From an uncultured Candidatus Brevefilum sp. (GTDB lineage Bacteria; Chloroflexota; Anaerolineae; Anaerolineales; Anaerolineaceae): a stretch of 40,655 nt of DNA. The stretch spans positions 4,197 to 44,851 of the forward strand of contig CAYUSC010000004.1 of NCBI GenBank assembly GCA_964447265.1, given 5' to 3'. This document shows positions 1 to 9,891 of the stretch, one piece after another. Positions within the stretch are counted from its first letter, which is position 1. Each line of letters opens with the position of its first letter. Under the pieces are notes generated by a model. The model made no database searches, was not told where the DNA came from, and saw only the letters and a list, made by a program, of their open reading frames with translations. Both the position numbers and the translations under genes were made by a program.

Positions 1-636
1 GTCCGCGCCATCAGCGGCACGGGTAACGTCTGCCCGGCGATCTGTGATAACGGCGAAAGCAATGTGACCAGTATTTTCGCAAATTCAGCCGAATTAACGA
101 CCCTATCCACCCAACGCGGTGTGGATAACCATCAATATACGCTGGAAGGGATGGCTTTTGACCCGGTGGCGCCCGAGGGCGGGACGGATGGCACGGATGT
201 GCTGGTGCAGTATTCCAACCTGGACCGGGGCGAGTGGGTGTTCGACATCCCCACAGGCAAGTATCTGAGGTTGATTGAGGATACTTCCGGTTCTGAACTG
301 ACGATGGTGCCCCTGACGGATCGCAATACCGATGAACAACTGGCTTTCTCCAATGTGATCGTCCTCTATGCTTATTACACCGAATATACCGCTTCGATGC
401 ATGACATTGATATCTGGGGTAACACAACCGGCCGCCCGGCGGTGATCTTCCGCGATGGGCAGGCCTATGAAGTGACCTGGAAAGCGGTCAGCAATTCTCA
501 GCCGATCCAGTTCTTCGATGAAAACGGGGATCCTTTCCCATTGAAACCCGGTAACACCTGGATGGCCATCATGGGCATCTATTCCAGTCAAACCCAGACG
601 GAGGGCAACTGGAAGTTCATTTTCAATTTGCCTTAA
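1..636 (+). CDS. DUF3048/YerB-like protein, C-terminal part (5' truncated)
   Basis: Frame 1 is open from base 1 (VRAISGTGNVCPAICD...) to TAA at 634-636. The stretch QLAFSNVIVL...GRPAVIFRDGQAYEVTW...PLKPGNTW resembles the DUF3048 C-terminal domain. Confidence 0.7.
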   Translation, partial: VRAISGTGNVCPAICDNGESNVTSIFANSAELTTLSTQRGVDNHQYTLEGMAFDPVAPEGGTDGTDVLVQYSNLDRGEWVFDIPTGKYLRLIEDTSGSELTMVPLTDRNTDEQLAFSNVIVLYAYYTEYTASMHDIDIWGNTTGRPAVIFRDGQAYEVTWKAVSNSQPIQFFDENGDPFPLKPGNTWMAIMGIYSSQTQTEGNWKFIFNLP

Positions 637-639
637 AAA

Positions 640-1374
640 ATGCGGACCCTGATCCTATCGGATATTCACTCAAACCTGACGGCGCTGCAAGCTGTGCTTG
701 AAGATGCAGCGCCGTTTGATCGTGTTTTCTGCCTGGGGGATGTGGTGGGATACGGGCCGGACCCGAATGAATGTATCGAGCAGCTTCGAGCGTTGCCCCA
801 ATTGGTGTGCATAAAGGGAAACCATGATGCAGCGATTCTGGGCGAGATCGACATTCATGCTTTTAATACGGAAGCGAGGAAATCGCTGGAGTGGCTGGCC
901 TCGCAGCTTTCTCCGGAAAACTATCGGTGGCTGCGGGAACTTCCGGAGAAGGTCGAGATAGATGATTTCACCCTGGCGCATGGCAGCCCGCGCAACCCGG
1001 TTTGGGAATACATTATGGACCTGAGTGTTGCCAGACTGAATATGGACGAGTTTTTGACTCCATTTTGCCTGGTGGGGCACACGCACATACCCTGTATTTT
1101 TATCAAGGATGGTGAGACACCGGATTCCACGAATCTGTATTTAATTAGTCCTGATCAACCCTTCGGGCTTGATCTGAAATCCATTGTGAACCCGGGGTCG
1201 GTGGGGCAGCCGCGTGATCACAATCCGCTATCCTCCTATTTAATTTATGATGACCGGGATGAATTCCCCTGGGAATATCACCGGGTACCGTATGATGTTG
1301 AGGCGGTGCAGCAGCGGATTTTAGCGGCCGGGTTGCCCGTCCGGCATGCCGCCAGGTTGAGCGAGGGCTGGTAA
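640..1374 (+). CDS. Metallophosphoesterase family protein (calcineurin-like)
   Basis: Motifs SDIHSN, LGDVVGYG, GNHD, HGSP, GHTH and NPGSVGQPRD. Confidence 0.9.
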   Translation: MRTLILSDIHSNLTALQAVLEDAAPFDRVFCLGDVVGYGPDPNECIEQLRALPQLVCIKGNHDAAILGEIDIHAFNTEARKSLEWLASQLSPENYRWLRELPEKVEIDDFTLAHGSPRNPVWEYIMDLSVARLNMDEFLTPFCLVGHTHIPCIFIKDGETPDSTNLYLISPDQPFGLDLKSIVNPGSVGQPRDHNPLSSYLIYDDRDEFPWEYHRVPYDVEAVQQRILAAGLPVRHAARLSEGW

Positions 1375-1424
1375 TTTCTAGTAAATGGAGGGATTTTTTC
1401 TCCGATTGGAATTATTTTCATCGG

Positions 1425-1453
1425 GGAACTTTTCTGATATCTTGAGCGTCAAA
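1425..1453 (+). promoter_or_regulatory. Putative ECF sigma factor promoter
   Basis: GGAACTT (1425-1431), 16 nt, GTCAAA (1448-1453), about 50 nt upstream of the SD AAGGAG and ATG of the DUF4349 gene. Confidence 0.55.
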
Positions 1454-1501
1454 AATTATATAAAATAGTATAGACAAGCTCGTTCTTTTGAAAAGGAGAA
1501 A

Positions 1502-2485
1502 ATGATGAAGAAGAGAAAAATCTTACTGGTCAGCTTAATTATTATTGTCACCACTTTGGCTTCAGCATGTTCAGCCGCAAAAGCTTCCGTTGAAGACACT
1601 GCGGGTTATGCGCCTCAGGCGGACGTCGAGTATGAATACGCTATGGAAGAATCGGTGGCTTCGGATGGCGTTTCGAACTCATCCCGTGATTACGACTCCG
1701 GTATGGGCGAATCCGCCGCCGCAACGGAACGCATGGTGATCTATAACGCCAACCTGCGGATTGCCGTTGAGAACCCAACCACATCGCTGGATTCGATCAT
1801 TGCGATGGCCGAGAGCGCGGGTGGGTTTGTGGTCTATTCAAATATCTACCAATCCACCACCTCCAGCGGCAGCACGGTGCCTTATGCCAATGTGACCATC
1901 CGGGTGCCTGCAGGACAGTTGGATCCGATCATGACCGCTATCAAAGGGCTCACGCCGGAGCCTGAAGATGATGTGCTTTATGAAAATGTGTCTGGTCAGG
2001 ATGTGACCTCGGAATATACCGATCTCGAATCCCAACTGCGCAACCTGGAAGCCGCCGAAGAAGCGCTGACCGCCATCATGGAAAACGCGACGGAAACGGA
2101 AGACGTGCTGGATGTATTCGATGAATTGACCTACTATCGGGGCCAGATTGAAACGGTCAAGGGCCAGATGCAGTATCTCTCGGAATCCGCCGCCATGTCC
2201 GCCATCTCGGTGGAGATCGTTGCCAAAGAATCCCTGCAGCCCATTGTGATCGCCGGATGGGAACCGCAGGGGACGGTCAAGAAAGCTGTGGAAGCCTTGA
2301 TCAACACCGGGCAGAAACTCGTCGACATCCTGATTTGGTTCGGCATTTACTGTCTGCCCTTCCTGGTTCCATTGGGTCTCGCGGCTTTCTTCCTGATCAA
2401 GCTGCTGCTCAAAAGGAAAGCGAAACGACAAGCCAAGAAAATGGAAGCCCTGGCACAAATTCCGGAAAGTAAACCTGAAGAGTAA
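1502..2485 (+). CDS. DUF4349 domain lipoprotein with C-terminal TM helix
   Basis: Lipobox-like LASAC. ERMVIYNANLRIAV, TIRVP and DVTSEYTDLESQLRNLE coiled coil are typical of DUF4349. Hydrophobic C-terminal helix followed by a basic tail. SD AAGGAG. Confidence 0.85.
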   Translation: MMKKRKILLVSLIIIVTTLASACSAAKASVEDTAGYAPQADVEYEYAMEESVASDGVSNSSRDYDSGMGESAAATERMVIYNANLRIAVENPTTSLDSIIAMAESAGGFVVYSNIYQSTTSSGSTVPYANVTIRVPAGQLDPIMTAIKGLTPEPEDDVLYENVSGQDVTSEYTDLESQLRNLEAAEEALTAIMENATETEDVLDVFDELTYYRGQIETVKGQMQYLSESAAMSAISVEIVAKESLQPIVIAGWEPQGTVKKAVEALINTGQKLVDILIWFGIYCLPFLVPLGLAAFFLIKLLLKRKAKRQAKKMEALAQIPESKPEE

Positions 2486-2505
2486 ATAATTTGAAGTTTG
2501 CAATC

Positions 2506-2532
2506 AAGCGCCTCAGCAATGGGGCGCTTTTT
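2506..2532 (+). terminator. Intrinsic terminator
   Basis: AAGCGCCTCA-GCAA-TGGGGCGCTT followed by TTT, 20 nt after the stop. Confidence 0.75.
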
Positions 2533-2547
2533 GATTCCGATAGGGGC

Positions 2548-2576
2548 TTGACAAATTATTCTAATCGTTATAAACT
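2548..2576 (+). promoter_or_regulatory. Sigma70-type promoter of the ArsR-MFS operon
   Basis: TTGACA (2548-2553), 17 nt, TAAACT (2571-2576). Confidence 0.7.
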
Positions 2577-2578
2577 GT

Positions 2579-2610
2579 CTTTACCGTTAAATTATATTTT
2601 AACGGTAAAG
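2579..2610. promoter_or_regulatory. Operator palindrome (probable autoregulatory site)
   Basis: Perfect 13-bp inverted repeat CTTTACCGTTAAA-ttatat-TTTAACGGTAAAG covering the predicted transcription start and abutting the SD. Confidence 0.7.
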
Positions 2611-2619
2611 GAGATTTTT

Positions 2620-3249
2620 GTGGAAGAATCATTGGAACACGATCCGCTCTTTGTAATCAAAGACCTTGAAACGCTCAAGGTGATCACCGATCCTTTACGG
2701 TTTCAGATCCTTGAAATCCTGGGAGATGAGCCTCAGACGGTCAAATATGTAGCAGATAAGTTGGGGATGACAAGCAATCGGCTTTATTACCACTTCAATA
2801 TGCTGGAATCGGTCGGGCTGATAAAAGTGGCGCGAACCCAAACCGTTAATAACATTATTGAAAAATATTATTGGACCACTGCCAAAGAGATCATGGTTGA
2901 CCAGGATATTGTCAACGCCAACCCCGAAGCGGTGGTTGAAGACATCAATCGGGTGATTATCGCTGCCCTGGATACGACCAAAGAAGACATTATCCGGACC
3001 CTGCACACTCTGGATTTCTCAGCCAAAAATGAAGATGGGGCGCAATCGAATGAGATAGCGGTATTCCGGGTTAAAAAGAGAATTACCGATGAGGATTATA
3101 AGAAAATAAGCCAGGATTTTAAAGCACTTCTGGATGAATTCCAGAATCTGCCTGATGCAAAACCATCCGATCCGGGCGTCAGAGAATACAGCGTTGCCTA
3201 TTTCTTATATCCGAATGCTAGCTATGAGAATGATCAAAAAGATGACTGA
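2620..3249 (+). CDS. ArsR/SmtB-like winged helix-turn-helix transcriptional regulator
   Basis: DLETLKVITDPLRFQILEIL...LYYHFNMLESVGLIKV...EKYY. Start moved to GTG 2620 after SD AAGGAG; the track's 2491 start crosses a terminator and promoter. Confidence 0.85.
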   Translation: MEESLEHDPLFVIKDLETLKVITDPLRFQILEILGDEPQTVKYVADKLGMTSNRLYYHFNMLESVGLIKVARTQTVNNIIEKYYWTTAKEIMVDQDIVNANPEAVVEDINRVIIAALDTTKEDIIRTLHTLDFSAKNEDGAQSNEIAVFRVKKRITDEDYKKISQDFKALLDEFQNLPDAKPSDPGVREYSVAYFLYPNASYENDQKDD

Positions 3250-4639
3250 AAAAATAAAAAAGAAAGCACCCCTAAAGAACATGCGGACCTTCCTCGTTGT
3301 GCTGGTGGGGCAGGTCACTTCACTGATTGGCTCCGGGCTGATCGGCTTTGCTTTGGCGGTTTGGATTTATGATCAGACCGGTCAGGCCACGCCCTTTGCC
3401 ATGACAGCGCTTTTCAGCATCCTGCCCCGGATCCTGCTATCTCCGATAGCCGGTGTGGTCAGCGATCGCTGGAACCGGAAGATGATCATGCTGGTCTCGG
3501 ACTCGCTGGCTGGACTGGTCACATTGGCAACGGCAGCGCTGCTGTTGACCGGAACCATGGAAGTCTGGATGATCTACCTGATCAGCGGTCTGGAGGCGGT
3601 TTTTGGTTCCTTCCAGCAGCCGGCTTATTCCGCTTCGATCGTGATGATGGTGCCCAAGGAGCAGCTCACCCGTGCCAACAGCCTGATCCAGATGGGGGAT
3701 GCCATTCAAACCATTCTGACACCCATTCTGGCAGGCGCGTTGTTGACCTCGATTGGGCTGACCGGCATCATTATGATTGATATTGGCACTTTCCTGTTTG
3801 CCCTGGTGACGTTGATCCTGGTTCGTATCCCCCAGCCGGAGAAGACTCTGGAGGCTTCCAAAGAAAAGCATTCCGTCTGGAAGGATGTGGCCTTTGGCTG
3901 GCGTTACCTGAAGGACCGCCCCGGGTTGATGGGCCTCCTGTGGTATTTCGCGCTGGTCAATTTCTTCCTCAATATTTCGGCGGTGATGATCGGGCCATTG
4001 GTGCTCGCTATCGGTTCTGCCACCAGCCTCGGTCTTGTGCAGACTTTCCTCGGGGTCGGGATGTTGGCGGGCAGCCTGGTGATGAGCGTATGGGGTGGTG
4101 TCAAGAAAAATCGGGTCGTTTTCATCATGGCGACCATTCTTCTATCAACGCTTGGATTTTTCATCGCCGGCAGCCGACCGTCCATTGCCTTGATCGGTGC
4201 GGGCTTGTTTGTAGTGATGTTTTTCTCACCCTTCGGCGGGAGCGCAAGTTCGGCCATGTTCGCAACCAAAGTCGCTCCGGAAATTCAGGGTCGGGTTATG
4301 GCCACCCGCAGCATGATCAGCATGTCGATGATGCCAATCGCTTTCCTGCTCAGCGGCTTTCTGGCGGATCATGTCTTCAATCCGCTTTTGGTGGAAGGCG
4401 GCAGATTGGCTACGACCTTTGTTGGTCGCTGGATTAGGGTGGGACCGACCCGGGGGATCGGTTTGATGCTGATCACCAGTGGGATCATCCTGTTCATCGT
4501 CACCGGACTGGCCTTTGCCAACCCGAGAGTCCGTAAACTGGAGACGGAGGTCCCGGATGCCGTGCCGGACCAGGCACTATCTCCTTCAGGAGAGGATTTA
4601 CAACCAGAAGTTGATGTTCCTGTCCCAGCCGGAAATTAA
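3242..4639 (+). CDS. MFS transporter (DHA3/MefA-like efflux type)
   Basis: Many TM segments and motif A GVVSDRWNRK. ATG 3242 overlaps the regulator's 3' end, suggesting coupling. Confidence 0.9.
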   Translation: MTEKIKKKAPLKNMRTFLVVLVGQVTSLIGSGLIGFALAVWIYDQTGQATPFAMTALFSILPRILLSPIAGVVSDRWNRKMIMLVSDSLAGLVTLATAALLLTGTMEVWMIYLISGLEAVFGSFQQPAYSASIVMMVPKEQLTRANSLIQMGDAIQTILTPILAGALLTSIGLTGIIMIDIGTFLFALVTLILVRIPQPEKTLEASKEKHSVWKDVAFGWRYLKDRPGLMGLLWYFALVNFFLNISAVMIGPLVLAIGSATSLGLVQTFLGVGMLAGSLVMSVWGGVKKNRVVFIMATILLSTLGFFIAGSRPSIALIGAGLFVVMFFSPFGGSASSAMFATKVAPEIQGRVMATRSMISMSMMPIAFLLSGFLADHVFNPLLVEGGRLATTFVGRWIRVGPTRGIGLMLITSGIILFIVTGLAFANPRVRKLETEVPDAVPDQALSPSGEDLQPEVDVPVPAGN

Positions 4640-4641
4640 TT

Positions 4642-4675
4642 AAAAAGTGAGACCTCCGCTGGGAGGTCTCTTTTA
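4642..4675. terminator. Bidirectional intrinsic terminator
   Basis: GAGACCTCC-gctg-GGAGGTCTC flanked by an A run and a T run, between the convergent MFS and typA genes. Confidence 0.75.
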
Positions 4676-4739
4676 TATTTAAAGCAAATTCTTCCTGTGC
4701 AACGGGGCAGAAGATCAGCAAAGCATGGAAAATTATTGC

Positions 4740-6605
4740 TTAACTATCCGCCTCCAGCGCGGCTTTCTTGGCTGTTTTAGTGAGCCGTCCCCGCTCGTGA
4801 GCGGAAAGCTGTTGTTTACGGATGCGATAGGCGAGCGGCGTCACTTCCAAGAGCTCATCTTTCCCAAGATACTCAATAGCTTCTTCAAGACTCAGGTGTG
4901 TGGGGGTTGTTAATCGGATTTCCTTATCTGCATTGGCTGCCCGCATATTGGTCAGTTCTTTTTTCTTGCAGACATTGATATCCAGGTCCCCGGGGCGTTG
5001 GTATTTCCCAATCACCATACCCGCATAAACGGGCACACCTGCTCCGTAGAACAAAGTTCCCCGTTCTTCAGCATTCTTGAGGCCAAAGGTGGTTGTCACA
5101 CCGGCCTCGAAGGCCACCAGAGAACCGGAAGAGCGTTCGCTGAAATCCCCTGAATACGGTAAATAGCCATGAAAAAGCGTATGGATGACGCCATCACCGC
5201 GGGTGGAAGACAAAAATTGAGAACGAAAACCAAGTAAACCACGGGTGGGTACCAGGAATTCCAAACGTACGGTGCCTGTTGTGGTGTTGACCATATTCTT
5301 CATGATGCCATGCCGGGCTCCCAGCATTTCAACGACCACGCCAACCGTGTCCGGGCTGGTCTCGATATACACATCTTCGAATGGCTCCAGTATTTTGCCC
5401 GAACTATCCTGCTTCAGGATCACATCCGGCCTCGACACCTGGAATTCATACCCTTCCCGGCGCAAGGTTTCAATCAGAATTGCCAGATGCAGTTCACCCC
5501 TGCCGGAGACTTGGAAGGAATCCGGCGTGTCGCTTTCAACCACTCTTAAGGCAACATTTGTGCGCAGTTCATCGAAAAGACGCTGGCGGATTTTTCGGGA
5601 GGTACCCCATTGCCCTTCACGTCCTGAAAATGGCGATGTGTTGACACCAAAGGTCATATGCACAGTTGGTTCTTCAACCTGGATCGGCGGCAAGGGTTGC
5701 GGGTGCTCGGGATCGGCCAGCGTTTCACCAATTGCGATACCCTCCAACCCTGCCAGGACGACGATATCACCGGCCTGAGCCGAATCAACTGGGACTTTGT
5801 CCAATCCTTCATAGATGTTCAGATAACGAACACTTTCAGGCAAAATCTCACCATTAACCCGGATGCGGGCCAGGGGCATGTTGACTTTCATCTGACCGGA
5901 ATGGATCCGGCCAATCGCCGTAACGCCACGGTATGGATCGTAACCCAGATTGGTCACGAGCATTTTAAGCGGCGCATCGAGATCTACTTTTGGACATGGA
6001 ATTTGGGTTAGGATGGCTTCAAACAGAGGTTGCAGGTCGGGTCCCAGATCCGGGGTTTGGCCGGCCTGGGCGGTGACGGCATTGGCGTAAATCACGGGAA
6101 AATAGGCCTGTTCCTCACTGGCGCCCAATTCAATGAATAAATCAAAAGTCTGATTGAGCACCAGCTCCGGATCGGCGCCTTTGCGATCCACTTTATTGAC
6201 GACGACGATGGCGCGATGATTCATTTCGAGCGCCTTCTTGAGCACGAAACGGGTCTGTGGCATGGGGCCTTCGGCTGCATCCACCAGGAGCAGCACACCA
6301 TCAACCATATTCATGACCCGTTCCACTTCTCCACCAAAATCGGCATGGCCGGGCGTATCAACGATGTTGATTTTGACCTTTTGTTGCGCACGGGGATCCC
6401 AGATTTCGATAGCGGTGTTCTTGGCCAAAATGGTGATGCCGCGTTCACGTTCCAAATCATTCGAGTCCATCACGCGTTCGGCCACTTGTTGATTGGCGCG
6501 GAAAACATTGGCCTGTTTGAGTAAGCCATCCACGAGCGTGGTTTTTCCATGGTCAACGTGGGCAATGATGGCGATATTTCTTAAATCAGTTCGTTCTGTA
6601 AGCAT
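4740..6605 (-). CDS. typA: Translational GTPase TypA/BipA
   Basis: [51 protein letters not shown] and C-terminal LEVTP. Confidence 0.97.
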   Translation of the reverse strand: MLTERTDLRNIAIIAHVDHGKTTLVDGLLKQANVFRANQQVAERVMDSNDLERERGITILAKNTAIEIWDPRAQQKVKINIVDTPGHADFGGEVERVMNMVDGVLLLVDAAEGPMPQTRFVLKKALEMNHRAIVVVNKVDRKGADPELVLNQTFDLFIELGASEEQAYFPVIYANAVTAQAGQTPDLGPDLQPLFEAILTQIPCPKVDLDAPLKMLVTNLGYDPYRGVTAIGRIHSGQMKVNMPLARIRVNGEILPESVRYLNIYEGLDKVPVDSAQAGDIVVLAGLEGIAIGETLADPEHPQPLPPIQVEEPTVHMTFGVNTSPFSGREGQWGTSRKIRQRLFDELRTNVALRVVESDTPDSFQVSGRGELHLAILIETLRREGYEFQVSRPDVILKQDSSGKILEPFEDVYIETSPDTVGVVVEMLGARHGIMKNMVNTTTGTVRLEFLVPTRGLLGFRSQFLSSTRGDGVIHTLFHGYLPYSGDFSERSSGSLVAFEAGVTTTFGLKNAEERGTLFYGAGVPVYAGMVIGKYQRPGDLDINVCKKKELTNMRAANADKEIRLTTPTHLSLEEAIEYLGKDELLEVTPLAYRIRKQQLSAHERGRLTKTAKKAALEADS

Positions 6606-6648
6606 AAATCGATAAGTCTCTATTCATGAAAAGATAAATTTGTTCCAT

Positions 6649-6678
6649 AAAAAAACATCGACCATTCAGGCCGATGTT
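6649..6678 (-). terminator. Intrinsic terminator upstream of typA
   Basis: Minus strand AACATCGGCC-tgaat-GGTCGATGTT followed by TTTTT. Confidence 0.6.
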
Positions 6679-6863
6679 ATCCGGCAGCATCTAATCCTAT
6701 CCGATTGGAGCGATTTTGGAAAGAGGCAAGTTGTAATTTAAATGCTGTTTTAATCGAATTTCTTCGATTTATGCGCTCAATGGACATGAAAAAGGATCAT
6801 TTTATTCCTGAGATTCCCTCTCAAGAATGGATTATCTGTACTTTTCGGACTCCGGAGATTTTA

Positions 6864-9206
6864 TCAATGATGCAAGGTCAGCTTGCTCTGATCCGCGTTC
6901 ATCAGATGGAGGGTATAGATCCCATCCCCCAGATCTTCAATCGGGCAGGGATTGTCGTTACAGAAGGCCGTCTCCGGCTGCCAGGGCAGGGAGAGGGTAA
7001 TATCGCCGGCAGCTTTTCTGCCTAAATTGAAATCCAGTTCCAATCTTTTCTCGCCGATCATCCAACCAGAGATCTCCAATCCCTGAGCCAGGTGCAGGCT
7101 GCTGCCCAGGTAAGTGGGCTTATGGGCGTCAAAAGCGCGAGCGGCAACAACAGCAACGCCGTGCGCCGGGACCTTGGCAAACGTTAAGGGGCGGTCCGGT
7201 TTGAGCAGCCCAAGCTGGCCGGTCCAGAACTCCCGCAGCCAATACGACTGGCTGCCATTCAATTGATATTCCTCGCTGGCGAAGGTCAGGTCTTTAGGAG
7301 AGGATTCCCAGTTAAATTTCGCCAGCAGATGCCAGGAACTTTCCGGCCCGGACAGGTCCACGCGTAACTTGGCTGGAAAATCCGTATCAAATAAATCCAA
7401 TACCCGGGCGCGTTGACCAATGACCGGCAGCAAGGCCTGGGCGATGGCCAGGCGATCCGCGGGCAGTGCGGGGAGGTCATCCGATACGAGCAGCGAGCCT
7501 CCGGTCAGACCGATTGCGGTGGTGAGGGTTTGGACTTCAGCCAGAGTGAGCTTTGTGTTGGGACGGACCAACAGGCAGTCCGGGTCATTGACCCACCACC
7601 TGCGGTGAAGGGGTGCACGGGTGAGGATGTTGCGGATCGCATTGCGAGCGGAAGGCATGTGCGGCTCGTTTTGCAGGATGCCGCTGACCGGTGGAAAGTG
7701 AGGCTTCCAATAGCCGCTGACATCCGCACTGATCCGCATCGCTTCAAAGATGCCCAATCCGGAACCGAGAGGGCAGCCGCAACCCAGCATGGTGATCTCG
7801 GGCCCGGCGGCTTCCCGCAATGCTTCCAATCCCATTCGCAGGACCTGCGCCCGGGTAAGGTTTGGGTTTTGGTAGACGCCATCCAATGCGGCCGCATAGA
7901 GGAAGTCCAGCTTAAGGTAGGTGAAGCCCCAATCCTCCACAGCGGTGCGGATCACGGCCTGCGTATAAGCCAGGGCATCCGGGTTGGTCAGATCAAGGGC
8001 GAGGGTGAAGTTATTCCAAACAAAACCGGCGGTTACCGTTTTTCCTTCGGCGTCCCGCAGCAGCCAGTCGGGGTGTTCAGTCACGAGCCGCGCCTTGGCA
8101 TGGACGATGAAGGGGGCCAGCCAGACACCGGGGATCAATCCGGCTGATTTGGTCTTTTCCACCAGTGGTTTCAAACCATTGGGAAAACCAGGGTCAAAGT
8201 CGTACCAGTCCCCGGGATAGGTCTCAAAGCCATCATCGATCTGGAAGAGTTCCAGCGGCAGATCCGGTTCGAGGGCGATCACGGTGTCGAGATTGGCGTC
8301 CAACACTTTTTCGTCAATGTTCTGATAGAAGTGGTACCAGGAACACCAGCCCACCGGCACGGCCTGGTCCTGTGGCACGCCATGCAGCCGTCCGACCGTT
8401 GCCAGGTAACCGCCTAAGGGATCCGGGTCCGCCAGGTTGACGAAACTGACCGCCAGCCAATCCGTTTGGGCACTGGAGCCGGCCGGGATGTGACTGTCAT
8501 CGCCATTAGCCCAGACTTTCAATGTGGGTTCGGGGTTGAACCCGGCTTCCAGGCTGCCAAATTGGCCTTTTTGGGAGAGAAAACCTGCCAACAGTCCGAT
8601 TCGGGTGTCTTTATCGCCCACCAGTCCATACATGTCCCCGGTGAAGGTATTGGTTTTCTTAGGTTGGGGCGTACCGGGGTTAACCACCATGGGGTTCTGG
8701 AACCGGCCCAATATGGACATATTCTGCCGGTCATCCAGACCATAGGAACCGGTGCTGGACCAGGACTGCCAGCCGTTGCTGTAGAAGACCGGATCCTGCG
8801 TGCTGACTTTGCCGAGGTGCAACTGCCCGGCTGGAATATCCAACAGGTCCAAACGCTTGAGGATGAGTTCCTTTTGGCTGCCGTTGACCAGTTCGTGTTG
8901 GAAGAAGGCCATCGGTTCCGAAATGGAAAGCCCGCAGCGCACGATGAGCTGTACATCCTTGATCGTTGTAGCCAGCCGGAAAGTGATCAGACGCATCGGG
9001 CCGGCGGGGGCTTCCTGAATGGTGGGTTCTTCCGTCTCGAGGATCGACCATGACTTCTCCAGCAGTGAGAGGTCTTTTTCAAGAAAATTGACTGTGGTGT
9101 TTAAACGGGTCTGGAAGGATGTTTCAGGGAATTTGCGGGATCGCAGCGTAAGAATCCCGGAGAGCGATGAAATTGAGAGGCTGAAATCCTTGGTTTCAAA
9201 TTCCAT
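6864..9206 (-). CDS. Alpha-galactosidase, glycoside hydrolase family 36
   Basis: Motifs GWCSWY, QIDDG, GVWLAPF, YLKLDF, RISADV and NDPDC. Confidence 0.88.
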   Translation of the reverse strand: MEFETKDFSLSISSLSGILTLRSRKFPETSFQTRLNTTVNFLEKDLSLLEKSWSILETEEPTIQEAPAGPMRLITFRLATTIKDVQLIVRCGLSISEPMAFFQHELVNGSQKELILKRLDLLDIPAGQLHLGKVSTQDPVFYSNGWQSWSSTGSYGLDDRQNMSILGRFQNPMVVNPGTPQPKKTNTFTGDMYGLVGDKDTRIGLLAGFLSQKGQFGSLEAGFNPEPTLKVWANGDDSHIPAGSSAQTDWLAVSFVNLADPDPLGGYLATVGRLHGVPQDQAVPVGWCSWYHFYQNIDEKVLDANLDTVIALEPDLPLELFQIDDGFETYPGDWYDFDPGFPNGLKPLVEKTKSAGLIPGVWLAPFIVHAKARLVTEHPDWLLRDAEGKTVTAGFVWNNFTLALDLTNPDALAYTQAVIRTAVEDWGFTYLKLDFLYAAALDGVYQNPNLTRAQVLRMGLEALREAAGPEITMLGCGCPLGSGLGIFEAMRISADVSGYWKPHFPPVSGILQNEPHMPSARNAIRNILTRAPLHRRWWVNDPDCLLVRPNTKLTLAEVQTLTTAIGLTGGSLLVSDDLPALPADRLAIAQALLPVIGQRARVLDLFDTDFPAKLRVDLSGPESSWHLLAKFNWESSPKDLTFASEEYQLNGSQSYWLREFWTGQLGLLKPDRPLTFAKVPAHGVAVVAARAFDAHKPTYLGSSLHLAQGLEISGWMIGEKRLELDFNLGRKAAGDITLSLPWQPETAFCNDNPCPIEDLGDGIYTLHLMNADQSKLTLHH

Positions 9207-9208
9207 GA

Positions 9209-9835
9209 TTAGTCCTGTCTGCTGAGGTTTTGGAGGTCGGAAAGGGAAATGGGGCCTTCCCTTAAGATTTTAATGGGAGAGCTGGAGACATCGGCGACAG
9301 TGGACGCGGTTGGACCGGGTGTTGGGCCGCCATCCAATATCAGGTCGATCCGCCCACCTAACTGATCCAAAACGTTCTGCGCCGTGGTCGGATTCGGGCC
9401 GCCGGAGATATTGGCGGAGGTGGTCGCTAGCGGTCCGGTTCGCCGGAGCAAGGCCAGGGTGAAGGGATGGTCCGGCATACGCACCCCAACGGTGGGGTAT
9501 GCGGTAAGTTCCGGCGGCAGGTTGGGATTCTTGGGCAGAACGAGGGTGAGCGGGCCGGGCCAGAAGGCTTTCGCAATCGCTTCGATCTCAGGAGAGAGGG
9601 CGCTGACCAGGGCGGTCAATTGGTCCAATGCGCCGATCAATACCGGCAAGGCTTTTTCATCCGGACGTTCTTTGGCCTGGTAAATCTTTTTGAGGGAGTC
9701 GGGGTTGAGAGGGTCTCCGGCAACGCCGTAGATGGTATCAGAAGGGAAGGCGATCAATCCGCCCTCCGAGATAATTCGGGCCGCGGTCGCAATTGCCTGG
9801 GGGTCATTTGTCGCAAGAATGGCTGTTTCGATCAT
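9209..9835 (-). CDS. tsaC: L-threonylcarbamoyladenylate synthase (TsaC/Sua5, short YrdC-only form)
   Basis: AFPSDTIYG, KER, FWPGPLT, TTSANISG and ILREG. Start set to ATG 9835 after SD AAGGA. Confidence 0.92.
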   Translation of the reverse strand: MIETAILATNDPQAIATAARIISEGGLIAFPSDTIYGVAGDPLNPDSLKKIYQAKERPDEKALPVLIGALDQLTALVSALSPEIEAIAKAFWPGPLTLVLPKNPNLPPELTAYPTVGVRMPDHPFTLALLRRTGPLATTSANISGGPNPTTAQNVLDQLGGRIDLILDGGPTPGPTASTVADVSSSPIKILREGPISLSDLQNLSRQD

Positions 9836-9891
9836 GTGGTCATCCTTAAATATGCTATCAATGACCAATTCTAAACCATATTTTGGGGATT

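Noticed and set aside
6705-7025. 106-aa plus-strand ORF in the typA/GH36 gap
   Set aside because: Half of it is antisense to GH36, it has a TTG start without a clear SD, and it has no recognisable motif.
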